Origin: Nitrospirales bacterium
GTDB lineage: Bacteria > Nitrospirota > Nitrospiria > Nitrospirales > UBA8639
Length of the DNA stretch: 64,000 bases
NCBI GenBank assembly: GCA_965203295.1
Contig: CBDBCZ010000015.1
Span: 704,001-768,000, forward strand
Direction of reading: 5' to 3'
Shown here in pieces: positions 50,110-62,194 of this stretch; position 1 is the stretch's first letter; every line of letters starts with the position of its first letter. Below the pieces are notes generated by a model, which did not search any database, had not been told where the DNA came from, and was given only the letters and a program-made list of their open reading frames with translations. The translations under genes were made by a program, and so were the position numbers.

Positions 50110-52185
50110 GTAGAATCTAAAAGTGTTGCTATTAGGTTAGTAGATGTACCAGTACTTTGTGTGGGAGTTTGTTTGACTAGCAATAGTTGGAGGAGGAAAT
50201 ACCTAGCCTATAGCCTTTCCACATGTGGGGATGCAAATTCAAAGTGAATGTACAGTTTTATGAATTTCAAGAACCTTTGCAAGGCCTATCAAAGAGCTAA
50301 GAGTGTTGCTTGTAGGTTACGTAGTAGATGTAATGCCACTATTTTCGGGGAAGTTTGTTAGGCAAAATGTGTAGATTAAATCTTGTAGACCCTCCCTATG
50401 TAAATTATAAAGGATGCAAATTCAAAGTGGCTGTGTTATCTGAATGAAAGGTCCTCCATAGAGTTATGTAGCTAAGAGTGTTGCTTTGAGTTTAGTAGAT
50501 GTAATGCCGAGGGAGTTTGTTACTAATAGTTAGAGGCAGAAGTCTCCCGTAGACCTTCCCTGTGCAAGATCACAAATTTAAAGTGGTTGTGTAGTTTTAC
50601 ATTCAGCAAGAAACCTTTGCTAGGTCCATCAAGGGGCTAAGGGTGTTGCTTTTAGGTTAGTAGATGTACTGTATGTGTTACCACAACATTTGTGTTGAAC
50701 GAGCAATAGTTAGAGGCAATCATATCTACATTAAATGCTGTAGCCTCTTCCTGTCTGAGGACGCCAATTCAAATAGGTTGTGTCGACATCTTGTGATCAG
50801 TGAGAAACCTTTGCAAGGTCCACCAAAGATCTACATGTGAGATGGGTGCTTTTAGGTTAGTACGTAGATGTACATGTAATACCACTGTAATTTGGGGGAT
50901 TTGTTGGACATGTCAGGATTAAATCCCGTAGCCCCTCCCTGTGTGAGGACGTAATGTCAAAGTGGTTGTGCAGTTTATGAATAGTGAGAAATTTTTGTGA
51001 GGTTCACTAAAGAGCTATATATGTTATAGTTAAACCACCCCCTAGACGCGTTTACCAGTAATACACGAGACAGTTCCAGGTAAACCCCGAGGGCCAAGCC
51101 GGAGGGGTTTACCTGGAACTGTCGAGTGTATTGCTGGTAAACGCGTCTAGGGGGTGGTTTAGCTGGTTTGTAGCATGACAGCCATACACATCAAAGGCAC
51201 TGTGACAGCTGCAACAGCTGCCGTGTTCTAACTTCCCTAATTGCCATGTTCTAACTACCACTAATTGGAAGTTAGAATACGCCTGGCAGTTAGAACACTT
51301 CTACACTATATTAACTGTAGGCGGTACCTTTGATTTGTATGGCTGCCATGCTACAAGTATATATAAGTGTTGCTGTGAAGTAGATGTAAATGTCACTACT
51401 TTGGGGGAGTTTGTGAACTATCAGCAGCAGTTAGAGGCAGAAATGAGTCTTCTAGCCCCTTCCTGTGTGAGGACACAAATTGAAAGTGATTATGTACTGT
51501 TATGAATAGCATGAAATCTTTGCAAGGTCCACTGAAGAGTTAAGATTGTTGCTTTTAGGTTAGTAGATGTTGGGAGTTTGTTTGATGAGCAATGGGTTAG
51601 AAGCAGAAATGTCTATTCTGAATTTTATGTAGTCTCTCCCTGTGGGAGGATGCAAATTCAAAGTGGTTGTATAGGTGTACGCAAGATTTACCATAGAGGC
51701 TTTGTGGTTACTAGATGTACCACCACAACATTTTGATTTCGTTGGACTAGCATTAGGTAGAAGAAAAAATATAGGTCTATATTAAATCCTGTAGCACCTC
51801 CCTGTGTGAGGACAATTTGTAGTGTGTAGTTGAGTAGTTTTATGAACAGAAGATACCTTCGCAATGTCCATAAAAAAGCTAAAAGTGTTGCATTAAAATT
51901 AATATAATAATAATTATGTATGATGTAATTACTCTGCAAGTTTATTGGATGAACAATAGTTATACAATGTAATGGCAGAAATGGCTATATTAAATCCTGT
52001 AATCCCTCAGGAGGCAATTTCATCCGGTTGTGTAGTTTTATTATCAGAAAAAAATCCAAGAGCTAAGAGTGTTGCATTTAGTTAGTACGGCTATCTTTTG
52101 TTGGACTAGCAATTGTTAGAGCTACGTGTAGAAGTGATTTCTGTAGCCCCTTCCTGTTTCAGGATGCAAATTGAAAGTTGTTATC
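50110..52185 (+). repeat. Degenerate satellite array, ~175-bp unit, roughly 10-11 copies
   Basis: Recurring CTAAGAGTGTTGCTTTTAGGTTAGTAGATGT, GCAATAGTTAGAGG, CCTGTGTGAGGA and AATTCAAAGTGG motifs, with unit starts near 50118, 50297, 50472, 50637, 51540, 51879 and 52063. Confidence 0.88.
51020..51362. mobile_element. Double-foldback insertion within the satellite
   Basis: Near-perfect palindrome 51031-51161 plus a second inverted repeat 51168-51356. It interrupts the unit motif AAAGAGCTA|AGAGTGTTGCT and has TA-rich junctions. Confidence 0.8.
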
Positions 52186-52187
52186 TA

Positions 52188-52340
52188 CAGTGGAACCCCT
52201 CTAATGTGGACACCTTGGGGACCTAGTAAAATGTCCTGTATAGAGATGTGTCCTCATTTCATTACATTACGAAAGTATATTTGGGACACAACAAAGTGTC
52301 CTTAATGCAGAGGTGTCCTTATTTAAGGGGTGTCCTTGTA
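52188..52340 (+). mobile_element. Truncated Tc1/mariner-pogo type MITE end
   Basis: TA-CAGTGGAACCCCTCT terminus followed by repeated GGACAC/GTGTCCT motifs. Confidence 0.55.
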
Positions 52341-53694
52341 CGACACTGGAATGCACAGTGGAGTGTTGAAGTAGTGGACTGAAGTACACATCTTGCTATA
52401 TGTACGTATGGAGTAGTGGATAGTCTCTTGTGAGTGAGTACAATATACCCCACATATTTGGTATTCCTTACTTACAGGTGAGAAATGTGATGTAGTTGTA
52501 CATGTACGTAGGGGCAAGAAGAGTCAGGGGGTTTCCTAAGCAGTACTTTTAGTGCTGACCAGTTTAGGACTCTACGTACTTGTAGTATGCATGAGGCTAT
52601 CGGTGTTGCAAAGAGCGGCAATCATTTAATGTTGCTGAACATTACAGGTATAGATTACAGGGCCGTAGGAGTAGGTCTAGCTGGTGTGGTGGTCGCTGGA
52701 CCAAAGTTCAGCAAGCAAGCATCACGCCCATTATACATATTCCTAGCATTAAGTCGCCGTATAGTAGTACAATTAAGTCAGCATGGCTGAGTCGCACTTC
52801 ACAGTCGTCCAGTTTCAACCGACGAAAGGCCAGCTAGGTTTGATCAGCCAGGTTATGCTGTATACCACAACCTTGAGGAGCTGTTACTCACAGAATATAA
52901 ATAGTAAATCATCAACAAGACGCTGCATGTGCTTCTCACTTTCACAAATCATTGTAAATCTCACTAGCACTACAGTATGCACATACAGGTACGGTACGTA
53001 CTCTAATTCACAGTAGGTGATGTATGCGCAGTCAAACTAGGTGGAGCAACGCCTGTAAAGCTGAGCTTCAAGCACAAATGATAGGTTTGGTAGCAGGTCG
53101 TGTCCAATTCTTGCTATTTTACACCAAGATTTCACTAGAAACAATCTCAGTAGGTCCAAATTTTTCGGGAGGATCATGTCTCCACACCCCCTAGAAGGAA
53201 TATGCCCTGCTCCACTACCCACCAGATCAAAGGGAAAATGCTGCCTATGGTCCTGGATTAAAACTAAGTGTGTGTGGTAGGGAGTAGCCTCGTTCCCAGA
53301 AAAAAAGCTGGGCAGAGAGCCTGGGAACGAAGCTAGTAGGGAGAGTGTGGGGTGAGCAATGTTGAGTCTACAGTGCATGTTACTGCAATGAGATGGTCAT
53401 GTGCATGTGTTGCATGCAGTTTTCTGCTATCATTTATTGTCATTTGGTGTGGCATGTAGTGCTACAATTTGCTAATAATGGTTCATGGGCTATAGTCGTG
53501 TACAGTATCCAGGTTACCAACGGAGGTTGCATAATTATGTAGCTTGCATATTATTTGAAAATCACATGTACATGTAGCAATGAGTGCTAGAATGAGAGGA
53601 AAGTACATACCAATTCACCTGTACTGGTGTGGATATACTATTCTGCACATTCTCTGCACAGGATACGGCATCCCATAGCCGCAAGAACGTTATC

Positions 53695-56600
53695 ATGGAA
53701 GCTGACTCTTGGAGTGAAGAAGAAAAAGTTCCTGTATCCCTGGCAGACAGTCTCCCTGGGTGCAGTGATGGGCCTTCCCCAAAAGCCATGCGTTTAGACA
53801 AAAAGCTGTCAGAAGAAATGTCTACTACACTCTATCAAGCTGCAGATTTTCAGACATCTCATAAAGAGAATGCTAGAAGGAAAAATCTTGGTTTGAGTAA
53901 GCAACTGTGTATCTACTATAAAATTCACTGCCTTACACGAAATTGTATTGTCCTCTATACACACGTGTAGCCTTCCATGAGTATGAACCTCCCCCTCTAC
54001 CTGTGGACTGGGTGGCAATAAACCACTGCAGTGGAGGAATCGTCTACTTCCACAAACCTACACGTGTCTGCACATGGTGTAGACCATATCATGTTAGCAG
54101 TTCTGGCACCATCAAGGTACCATAGCTGTTGTACATAGCTTACACACTTGTTGCACTGCACACTTTTGATCCTTCCTTGTGTGAGTTTGAGATTGAAAAT
54201 CCAACAAGTCATGCGATTCTCCCAGTTTGGCCATTGGAGGAGACTACTTTGCAACCTCACACCGAATTTATTTATGTTTTCCATGTTTAGTTTCTTGGTA
54301 CACCTCTTCACACACTTTAGTGGAACACTGATGTGGTTGTAAAATTAAGTTGACCCCTGTATGAGATACTATTCAGTACATGTAGTTTATTTGTGCAGAG
54401 AGCATGTATATACGTAGAAACTGCTGGTTAATTCAACTTGAATGTCAGTTATTGTGAATGTATTTACCTTTCAGAAACACAGGGTTCCAGTTCAGGCAAT
54501 TCCATGCCTAGAGAAGTGGTTATTTCAAGAAGAACGGTGCCAGTTGGCTGATCAGTGGCATCATACAGCAGGAGAAAGAAAGGGCTCATTAATCAAACTT
54601 GGTATGCTCTGTGAAATCACGTGTTTTACGTTGTACTGGTTAATAAAAGAGAAATACGTACATCCTATATTTCATATTTCACCCTAGGCTCAGCTCAGCA
54701 ATGGGCTAATTGAACTGTAATAGGCTGTCTCAGAATGACTGAATGCAGCTCAGTGTAGATCCACAGACAGACAAACACAGAAAACATAAAGCAATCTCAA
54801 GACCAGCCATTTATGTGCTTTGTGCATGCCCAGTTGGTAAAAAGTACATACAGCAACCAGCAAACTTGTTCGGATAGTGTGAGCATATACTGACTCAGAG
54901 TGTAAGGAACAACAATAGCAAGCACTTTATTATAGATATATATGTATGTACATGTACTACTCTATTATACAAGTGCCTGTAATTTACAATACCATAATGT
55001 GTGATCTCTTTTAGAGCCACATAATTTGAGGGAATACTTATCACAAAGATGGGAGATTGAGGAAGGCGGTGAAGAGTCTGTGCTAGTGGATGAATGGTAT
55101 GTAGTCGTCATACAGTTGCAGTTACATGTAGTGGAGGAAACATGGGAGCAGTAGTAGTGTCCCTAGGTAAACTGTGCAGTAGACATAATATCCTGGACCA
55201 GATCTCTGACTCTTCATACACCTATTTACAGTTTTGTTTTGACCATAACTCCTCACAGAAGTTTTGGATTGTACTGATGGAGGTTTTATCTCCCTGTATC
55301 TCCTGCTTTATGCCTAGCCTTATTTTGTACATGTACGCCACCTTTTCCAATGCAAACTTCCACTTGGCAGTGTATCAAGTACTCAGTATCGATAAAAAAA
55401 GCATAAAAGACTGAAGTACCATCCACACTCAAAACTGTGCTATCCATCTCCTGTGATTGCTTTCAGCATAGCTACAGTAAGGGAAGTAATCCTAATGAAG
55501 CAGAGATTATGAGAGAGTATGTATATAGCCATAGTTCCTTAAGGTACATATATAAAGCTATTGATGCAGCGTGACCTTAGATAAACCACTTCACATAATT
55601 AGGCATTTTGCTCTAAAGGAAGATATACGATGAAGACGTAAAAGACCAGCTGGCCTGCACTTCACATGTACCTTGCTGGGAATTACGTATCCCTGTTCTT
55701 GAAGCATGCAGTTAGTAGTAGCAGAGGAGGTTGGACAAGCTATGACGACACACAAATGTCACATGACATTTACAGACCCATAATTGCATTCTTTACATTT
55801 CGCGCGTGATAAAACCCGTATACCTTCGATATACTAGTACGTATACCTAAAATGCAAGCAGTATGGTTAACTCAGTTTCTCGATCTAGGAGCTCCTGCAG
55901 CACTCTCCAAGAGTTTCTGCGACTTGGAAAAGTAGTCAGTGTTTGTTTTTCAGTGCTTCCCGACTTACTGACCTTCTGGAGGGCTTATAGCGTGACATAG
56001 GCCGTGTAGAAGTCCATGCGATATCGGTAAGCGGGTACTTAAAGGTCAATTCCAGCCTTGAGTACTGTTGTTCTGTGGAGATTCCTGTCTGGAAGACTTA
56101 TACGGTTGATGTAAGTAATGCATACAAGTGCATAGCTACGATCTACGCCTATAATGTTCGTGAAAAGTGGCTAACAATGGTGGTCTTACCCGCTACCGTA
56201 TTCTTTCCCAGATTTCTTCTAAAAAACGCTGGGGCGCAGCGGGGCGCAGTCGATTTTCTTGAACTAATCCACCGGTACTAACACTTCAGTACTTAAACCA
56301 TCTCTGGCATAGTTGTTCTTAGGCAGCAGAGAGACTCAAAATTTCTATGGCCATTGCTGTACTTAAGTGACGTCACGTCATCGGTCACATGGTATTTTTG
56401 ATGCGCACGTGGTGCTTGTCCAACCTCCTCTGTAGTAGTAGTATGTAGCTTATAAATCACACTTATGTATACAGTACAAGTAGTACTGACTACTCTGTGC
56501 ACTTAGAATGGTTACTTCCTCACTCTTTTAGGCAAAAGAAAAAAATACCCAAGCCACAACAAAAGAAGGAACAGCATAAAAGTTTAGTGGTATGTAACAA

Positions 56601-59600
56601 TTTGACTGAACTGGTATCTTTCCAGGTTACCAATGCCAAATTTCTCTGTTAACTTACAAATATTACTGATCAGTTGTACCTCCCTCTATGAGTGTAATCA
56701 GGTATTTTCTCTCTTTAGCCTGATGACTTGTCAAAAGTTCTACACATTCCTGTCCCCAAAGAGTATCGTCAGCACCATGAATCTGAAGCCAAGAAGCCTC
56801 CTGCAGGTGTTGCAAGTCTTTTCATGTCATGCATGCTTTTGCTTTACATATACAGTACATGTTCCATGCAGTGTGGACAGTGAACATTTCCAAGAAGAGT
56901 GCTGTGAGCTTGCTGTTTGAGTTCTGCCAAAACTACCTAAAAACCAGTCCCGAGTTTCTCATTGAGGAAACTAGTGCGTTAAGATGCGTGCATGTTCTAC
57001 TGCTACGTATATACTGCTTGCCAGAAGTATCTGGCATATGTAAGCTTATTGCTACACTTATGTATGTCAATGAATGTCAGTCACCTCAAGAGCCTTCTTC
57101 TGCTGTTGGTACTAGTACATGCACAACTGAGGGAAACCACTTTGATCTGTCCTGGTCATCTCGCCATGACAAAGGTCTATGTTCAATAACATATCTCAGT
57201 TGTCACTATGCACGTACATACTTCATATAATACTTCATGCAGTACACTGCATTTGCATGTACAGAAAAAGAACATTAAATTTCTTCCCTTCTGTGCGTAA
57301 AGTGAAGTACATGTAGCTATCGGCACTGCACTAGTTATAGCTGCAGTACCAAAAATTGGGTCCATACAGATTTAGACAGTTTCTTTTTACTAGGAGTTTT
57401 GTAAAGAAGCCAGCGATAGTTTGTGAAGCTATGTAAATGGCAATTCGTTACGTCTATTGTCCTTGCAAGCCTCATATTCAAGCTATAGTCTCTCCCTCCA
57501 TAATAGTAACTGATTCAGCTTGTTTCTGTATTGAATTGAGTGTAATTCCTACCGTTCAGCGTATGAGCTAGCTAGTGATTACTATTATTGCAGACAACAG
57601 GACAACTCCATACTTATGTACAATTGCAATTGGAAACATGAAGTATGGCCACAAAATGTCTACAACCAAGAAAAAAGCCAAGCAAAGTGCAGGTATGCAG
57701 TCATGTATATGAGAAGACGGTACTGTCCACTTATTATTATCTCCTTTATATCTGCAGCTGAAGAGACACTGGATTTGTTTCTACCAGGAGCGTTTGAAAA
57801 AGAGCAGCAATCAACTTTAGAGGAAGAGTTTCAGGCATGTACATGTACTTTCAGTGTTACAGCGCAGAACATAATTATATATGTATGCCTCAAAGTTGAA
57901 AGATCTTGAAGTTAAAACCTAACTGCAAAATTAAGTTCTCTTATCACACAATTAAAAAATCCTCACTATGTTACACTAGGGTATATCATGTACATATAGA
58001 CAATGGAGTTGTTACAGTAGTGATTTTTTTTTGTCTCCAAACATGGTTTCAGTATGCCTGGCTAAAGTGTTTTGCACATGGTAATATTGCTAGTAGCTTT
58101 TTTATACATGTACGTACGTGTATGATCATAAATGCATGTTTTCTTCATGTATCTCCATTAGTATTTGTCATCAGTTGAAATTGATGATCCTCAAGCTGCC
58201 CAGTTGCTACAACAAGTAGGCATGCCAAGTCCATGGCGTGTGTTGAAGGAGTGCCATCAGAGGTACACATACATACATGTACGTTGAAGTGTATTTGAAT
58301 ATTATTTATGTAGGTACGTACATACATCTACTAACATGGATGTGATTATAGGACAATGCTATAATGTTAGTTAGAAGAAAGACCACTGATAAGCTTTGCA
58401 GTAGCTTTTTATTATTTTCTTACACTCATTCACGGCCCCCCTTTAAAGGGGCCTTGGAAGGACACTATTATTTGTTTACCAGTAATGTTGGAACAGGCAA
58501 ATGATGACAGGAAATTGACAAGTGTGAATCTCCAATTATAACATTCATCATCTAATATTTACCTACCTTTGCTATCACTCTAACAGTTACAATATTGTGG
58601 TTACCAAGTGAATATATACATATGCCTTGGGTAACCATTTAGTCTACATGGCTGTTTCTATCAGGTTATGTACTGTGGAGTACGTCCTCTCCCATTTCAA
58701 GGATCTATGACATATGCAAGGGGCGGGGTCACTTTTATAGACTCTGTAGTCACAACTGCTACCGCCGTCAGTCAATGGTCAACAGTCAAAGCTGCTTCAA
58801 AAGGGTGTGGTCAATGGTCAAAGCATGCTTAGAAATACAGTCAACGATGATAACGGTAGGTCGCAGTGCAGAATGGATGAGCTCATACACAAGAACTACA
58901 ATCTACACTTGTCACTCAGAGCCTTTCGGTCGACTCGGATCGAGCAGCAGGCTTTACAGGAAGTCCCTTGTGCAATCGACAGTCAAAATTGTAGAGCAGT
59001 CAAAGTTCAGCAGCCAAAAGACAGGTGGTCAACGGTCAAACCGCTGAGAAGAGCTCGTCAAAACTTTAACCCGCAGTCGCAGTTGTCTATTGAAGTGACC
59101 CCCCTTGATATCTGCATTGTCATGCAATGAAAAGTCTTTAGATACAATTACTAAACTGTTGTATGTATGCAGCATTTCAGTGCATCTGTTAGTTCATCAT
59201 CTATAATGAGCTGTACAAATTATCTGATCAACGTTGCATCAGAAACCACTTACAAACCAACAGCTATCTATTATGTATGTACATATATATATATATAGGA
59301 ATCAGGATGCTCTTGCTTATTCTGGGGAGCTACAGTTCACTCTCAGCCCCAAGGATGGTAACTGTGGTGGTAAGTACTCTTTTGAGTACTGTCTGTCACT
59401 AGGACGTCACACTGTTAAGGGACTTTGTGTGGGAAAGAAGGATGGGCAGCAAATGGCAGCACAAGCCCTGCTTAAGGTATGTTTCTAATTTGGTTTATGG
59501 TAGCATGTATACTTTTACCCAGGCTGCCACTTCGCTCTGTAACAAAGAATGTACAAATGCTTACCTTATGACTTTTACTCTAGTTATGCATAACAGTATT

Positions 59601-60962
59601 GTCCTGTAGAGCTACCGTGCAATATTCTACTGTACTGCACGGTGCGTGACGCACGAGTCAGCTTCTTTTTTAATCTAGTACTGCATGTCGTATGTCTAAA
59701 GTGTGGGCTGTCACAAATTGGGTAGTTGATGTTGAAGTTGTAATTTAAATCTGTTTCCTTACAATATGGCATACTACACATGCAGGGAGTATTTTCACTC
59801 GTCCTTCAAACTCATAAAAATATACGCTAGCACTCGTGCAATATTCTTCCATATTGCACAGAAAAGCATGTAATAAGATATATGGATTGATTGTGTAGCA
59901 CATTAATAACCTGCAAGGTTCTTCTTTTATAGGAACTTCACCCATTTATCTTGAACTGGGGAGCACTTCTGCGCATTTATGATGACAGGCACTCAGCAAA
60001 TGTATGAATAAATTATTTGTGTAGCTGCGGTTATACAATTGCTGTATCATTGATAAGGCTAAGTTCTAACCTCATCCCCAAGCCTCCCACCCACATTTTC
60101 AGATCTGGGCATTAAATATATGGGTAGAATATAAATCTGGTGACAGGCCTATGGTGAGGTTAGTACAGTATTAATACCATATAGCACCAAATTTCCGAGG
60201 CACATAATTTTTGCGGTTTGGTCATACTGAACATTTTGTGGAAATAAATTTTGTGGACTAAGGGTGCTTCTTTGCCCCACCCATTTATTGTTCGCCACAC
60301 CTCTAGACTGGACTTTGTGTTTAGCACATACCCATCTATGGATATACGAAGATGCTCTGCTGCACGCTTCCCTATCTCCGTTTTCTGTTCCGGAGTAAAT
60401 TTAGCATATGTACCTCTTGTTGGCGTTTGCTGTAGTTGAAGGACGCACCTCACCTTTCTGTTGGCAGACATGATTGAGGTCGATGGTACCGCTTTTGTCA
60501 GTTTGAAAGCGCTCCCCGAGGAACAGGCAGCTTTAGATCGGTAGTTTTGAAATAGTGGTACAGAGCCATCTTGATTTCGCTTTGAAGAAAGAAGAAGTGT
60601 AACGTATACAACGATTAAGAAACATTACACGGTACTCTGTGATACTTTTTTCTGTAGTTGGAGTCACAAGATCTGAGAGATAAGTCATCCTGTAGTGGAA
60701 CAGATGCTGATCACTCTATTCTGAAACAGCTCAAGGATGAGATGCAAAAGCTAGCCAAGGTTAGTACCCTGTAATTGGACAAATGATACTCATTTGCTTC
60801 CGTAGTGCCATTGATCACACACCCACAGATGCTTATAAGACCTCTTGTCAGTGGCCATTAGCAGTATAATCTTGTACCTTGATCACTTACCTGTATCTAC
60901 TATTTGTCCTGCAGGACCAGTCACTGTGTGTTGCTGATACCTGTGGACTGTTGCAGATGTGA
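53695..60962 (+). CDS. DGCR8: Microprocessor subunit Pasha/DGCR8, about 490 aa, 14 coding exons
   Basis: Exons 53695-53890, 53971-54116 (WW: PLPVDWVAINHCSGGIVYFHKPTRVCTWCRPY), 54475-54601 (AIPCL), 55015-55096, 56532-56589, 56719-56806, 56872-56973, 57594-57692, 57758-57834 (dsRBD1), 58162-58262, 59299-59476 (dsRBD2), 59933-60001 (LHPFILNWGALLRIY), 60658-60759 (ILKQLKDEMQKL) and 60915-60962. They sum to 1473 nt with consistent phases. An acceptor at 53661 implies an upstream exon. Confidence 0.92.
55722..56432. mobile_element. Non-autonomous TIR element in a Pasha intron
   Basis: 19-bp TIR CAGAGGAGGTTGGACAAGC / GCTTGTCCAACCTCCTCTG, with TAGTAGTAG on both flanks (TSD length ambiguous: 3, 6 or 9 bp). 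Confidence 0.85.
58717..59107. mobile_element. Second, more decayed copy of the 15264-15657 MITE
   Basis: CAAGGGGCGGGGTCAC...CTCTGTAGTCACAACTG left end, GTGACCCCCCTTG right end, and collinear internal similarity. Confidence 0.8.
60177..60632 (-). mobile_element. Internally deleted pogo-like DNA transposon
   Basis: TA-CCATATA...TACACGG-TA ends. Internal RGTYAKFTPEQKTEIGKRAAEH resembles the N-terminal HTH of pogo-type transposases. Confidence 0.6.
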
Positions 60963-61181
60963 AATTAGCTTTGCCATTGATTACAGCGCTGTGTATATAG
61001 TTCTTCAATGTGTTTCTATATCCCGTCACTTGTTTAAAAGAGTTTGCCACGTACAATCCTAGCTGTCATTCCCACCCATTTAAGTTCCAATTGACTTATC
61101 TGAGAAGAATGAGTTCTAGACTGGGTTGTACTTAGAACTTCAAGTAATGTCATCATATCTCTTGTCCTATGACCTTTAGGT

Positions 61182-61310
61182 GTATGTTGATGGGAATGGG
61201 AGTTTGCAAAATGTAATTCATGAGTTACATAGCGTCAACATATACCTATTGATGAAAATGAGAGTTTTCATTACATTACATTGTGCAAACTCTCATTCCC
61301 ATCCATATAC
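61182..61310 (+). other. 36-bp stem-loop in the presumptive Pasha 3' UTR
   Basis: 61182-61217 pairs with 61275-61310: 32 Watson-Crick pairs, 2 G-U pairs and 2 mismatches on the plus strand. Confidence 0.8.
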
Positions 61311-62194
61311 CACCGACGTATTGCTAAAGCTCTGGTGCATTTGATGGTGATGTCAAAGGACAGGGTGTCCCTCCCTCCCCCCTAAATTGTTCTCTGGATG
61401 TGTGGTGTTAGTGGCATTGTATCCTTTCTCTCAGTCCCTGCTGGCTTCAATTGAGACCTCCACTGAAAAGTAATAGGTACCTAGCTAGTCACCTACATAT
61501 TGGCAGTAACAATGTTTACGAACTGGATCTAAAATAAGAACTTGATAGTTATTTCTGAGCTTCTGATTGTTTAATTTCGGGTGTTCTGTAGCCCTGCTGC
61601 CACAATATCTGTGCATAATGGTTTATCCACTGATTTTTGTTGCTTGGGTCCATCCTGATCCTTTGATCGACTTCTAAAAGACTTTTTTGATAGTTCGATT
61701 CCATTTTGATTTCCTTTGCAAACATTTCTACAAGGGACACATAAGCGACTACTCACATTTTTACATAATTATTTATGTCTATTGTTGTTTTCATGCCACA
61801 TATGGGCGCTACTTCATACGGCCAACTACCACATGGCTATTTACATGTACCACAAGGGAAATTCAGTCAATATGCAAAATAAAATGCATGTGCGAATTTG
61901 GACAAAAGAGCATTGCATAGCTATCGACCTACTGATTTCCCCCAATGTGTATAGCTACATGTATATATAGCCCACATAGCAGGATGTACATGTTCATTAC
62001 AGCTTGCAGTTATAGTATATTTACACAAGTCATGTTGCAGAAAACAATGAAGCCCTGTTGGTATGCAAAAATATATAATATAATTTATAGTAATGTTTAC
62101 TTTATTGTATGCAATACAAATAAGGCAAAATTCACAGGGTATGTCATTACCACCACAACTGTTGTTACTAGTGTTCAGGAAACAAAGTTCATTT

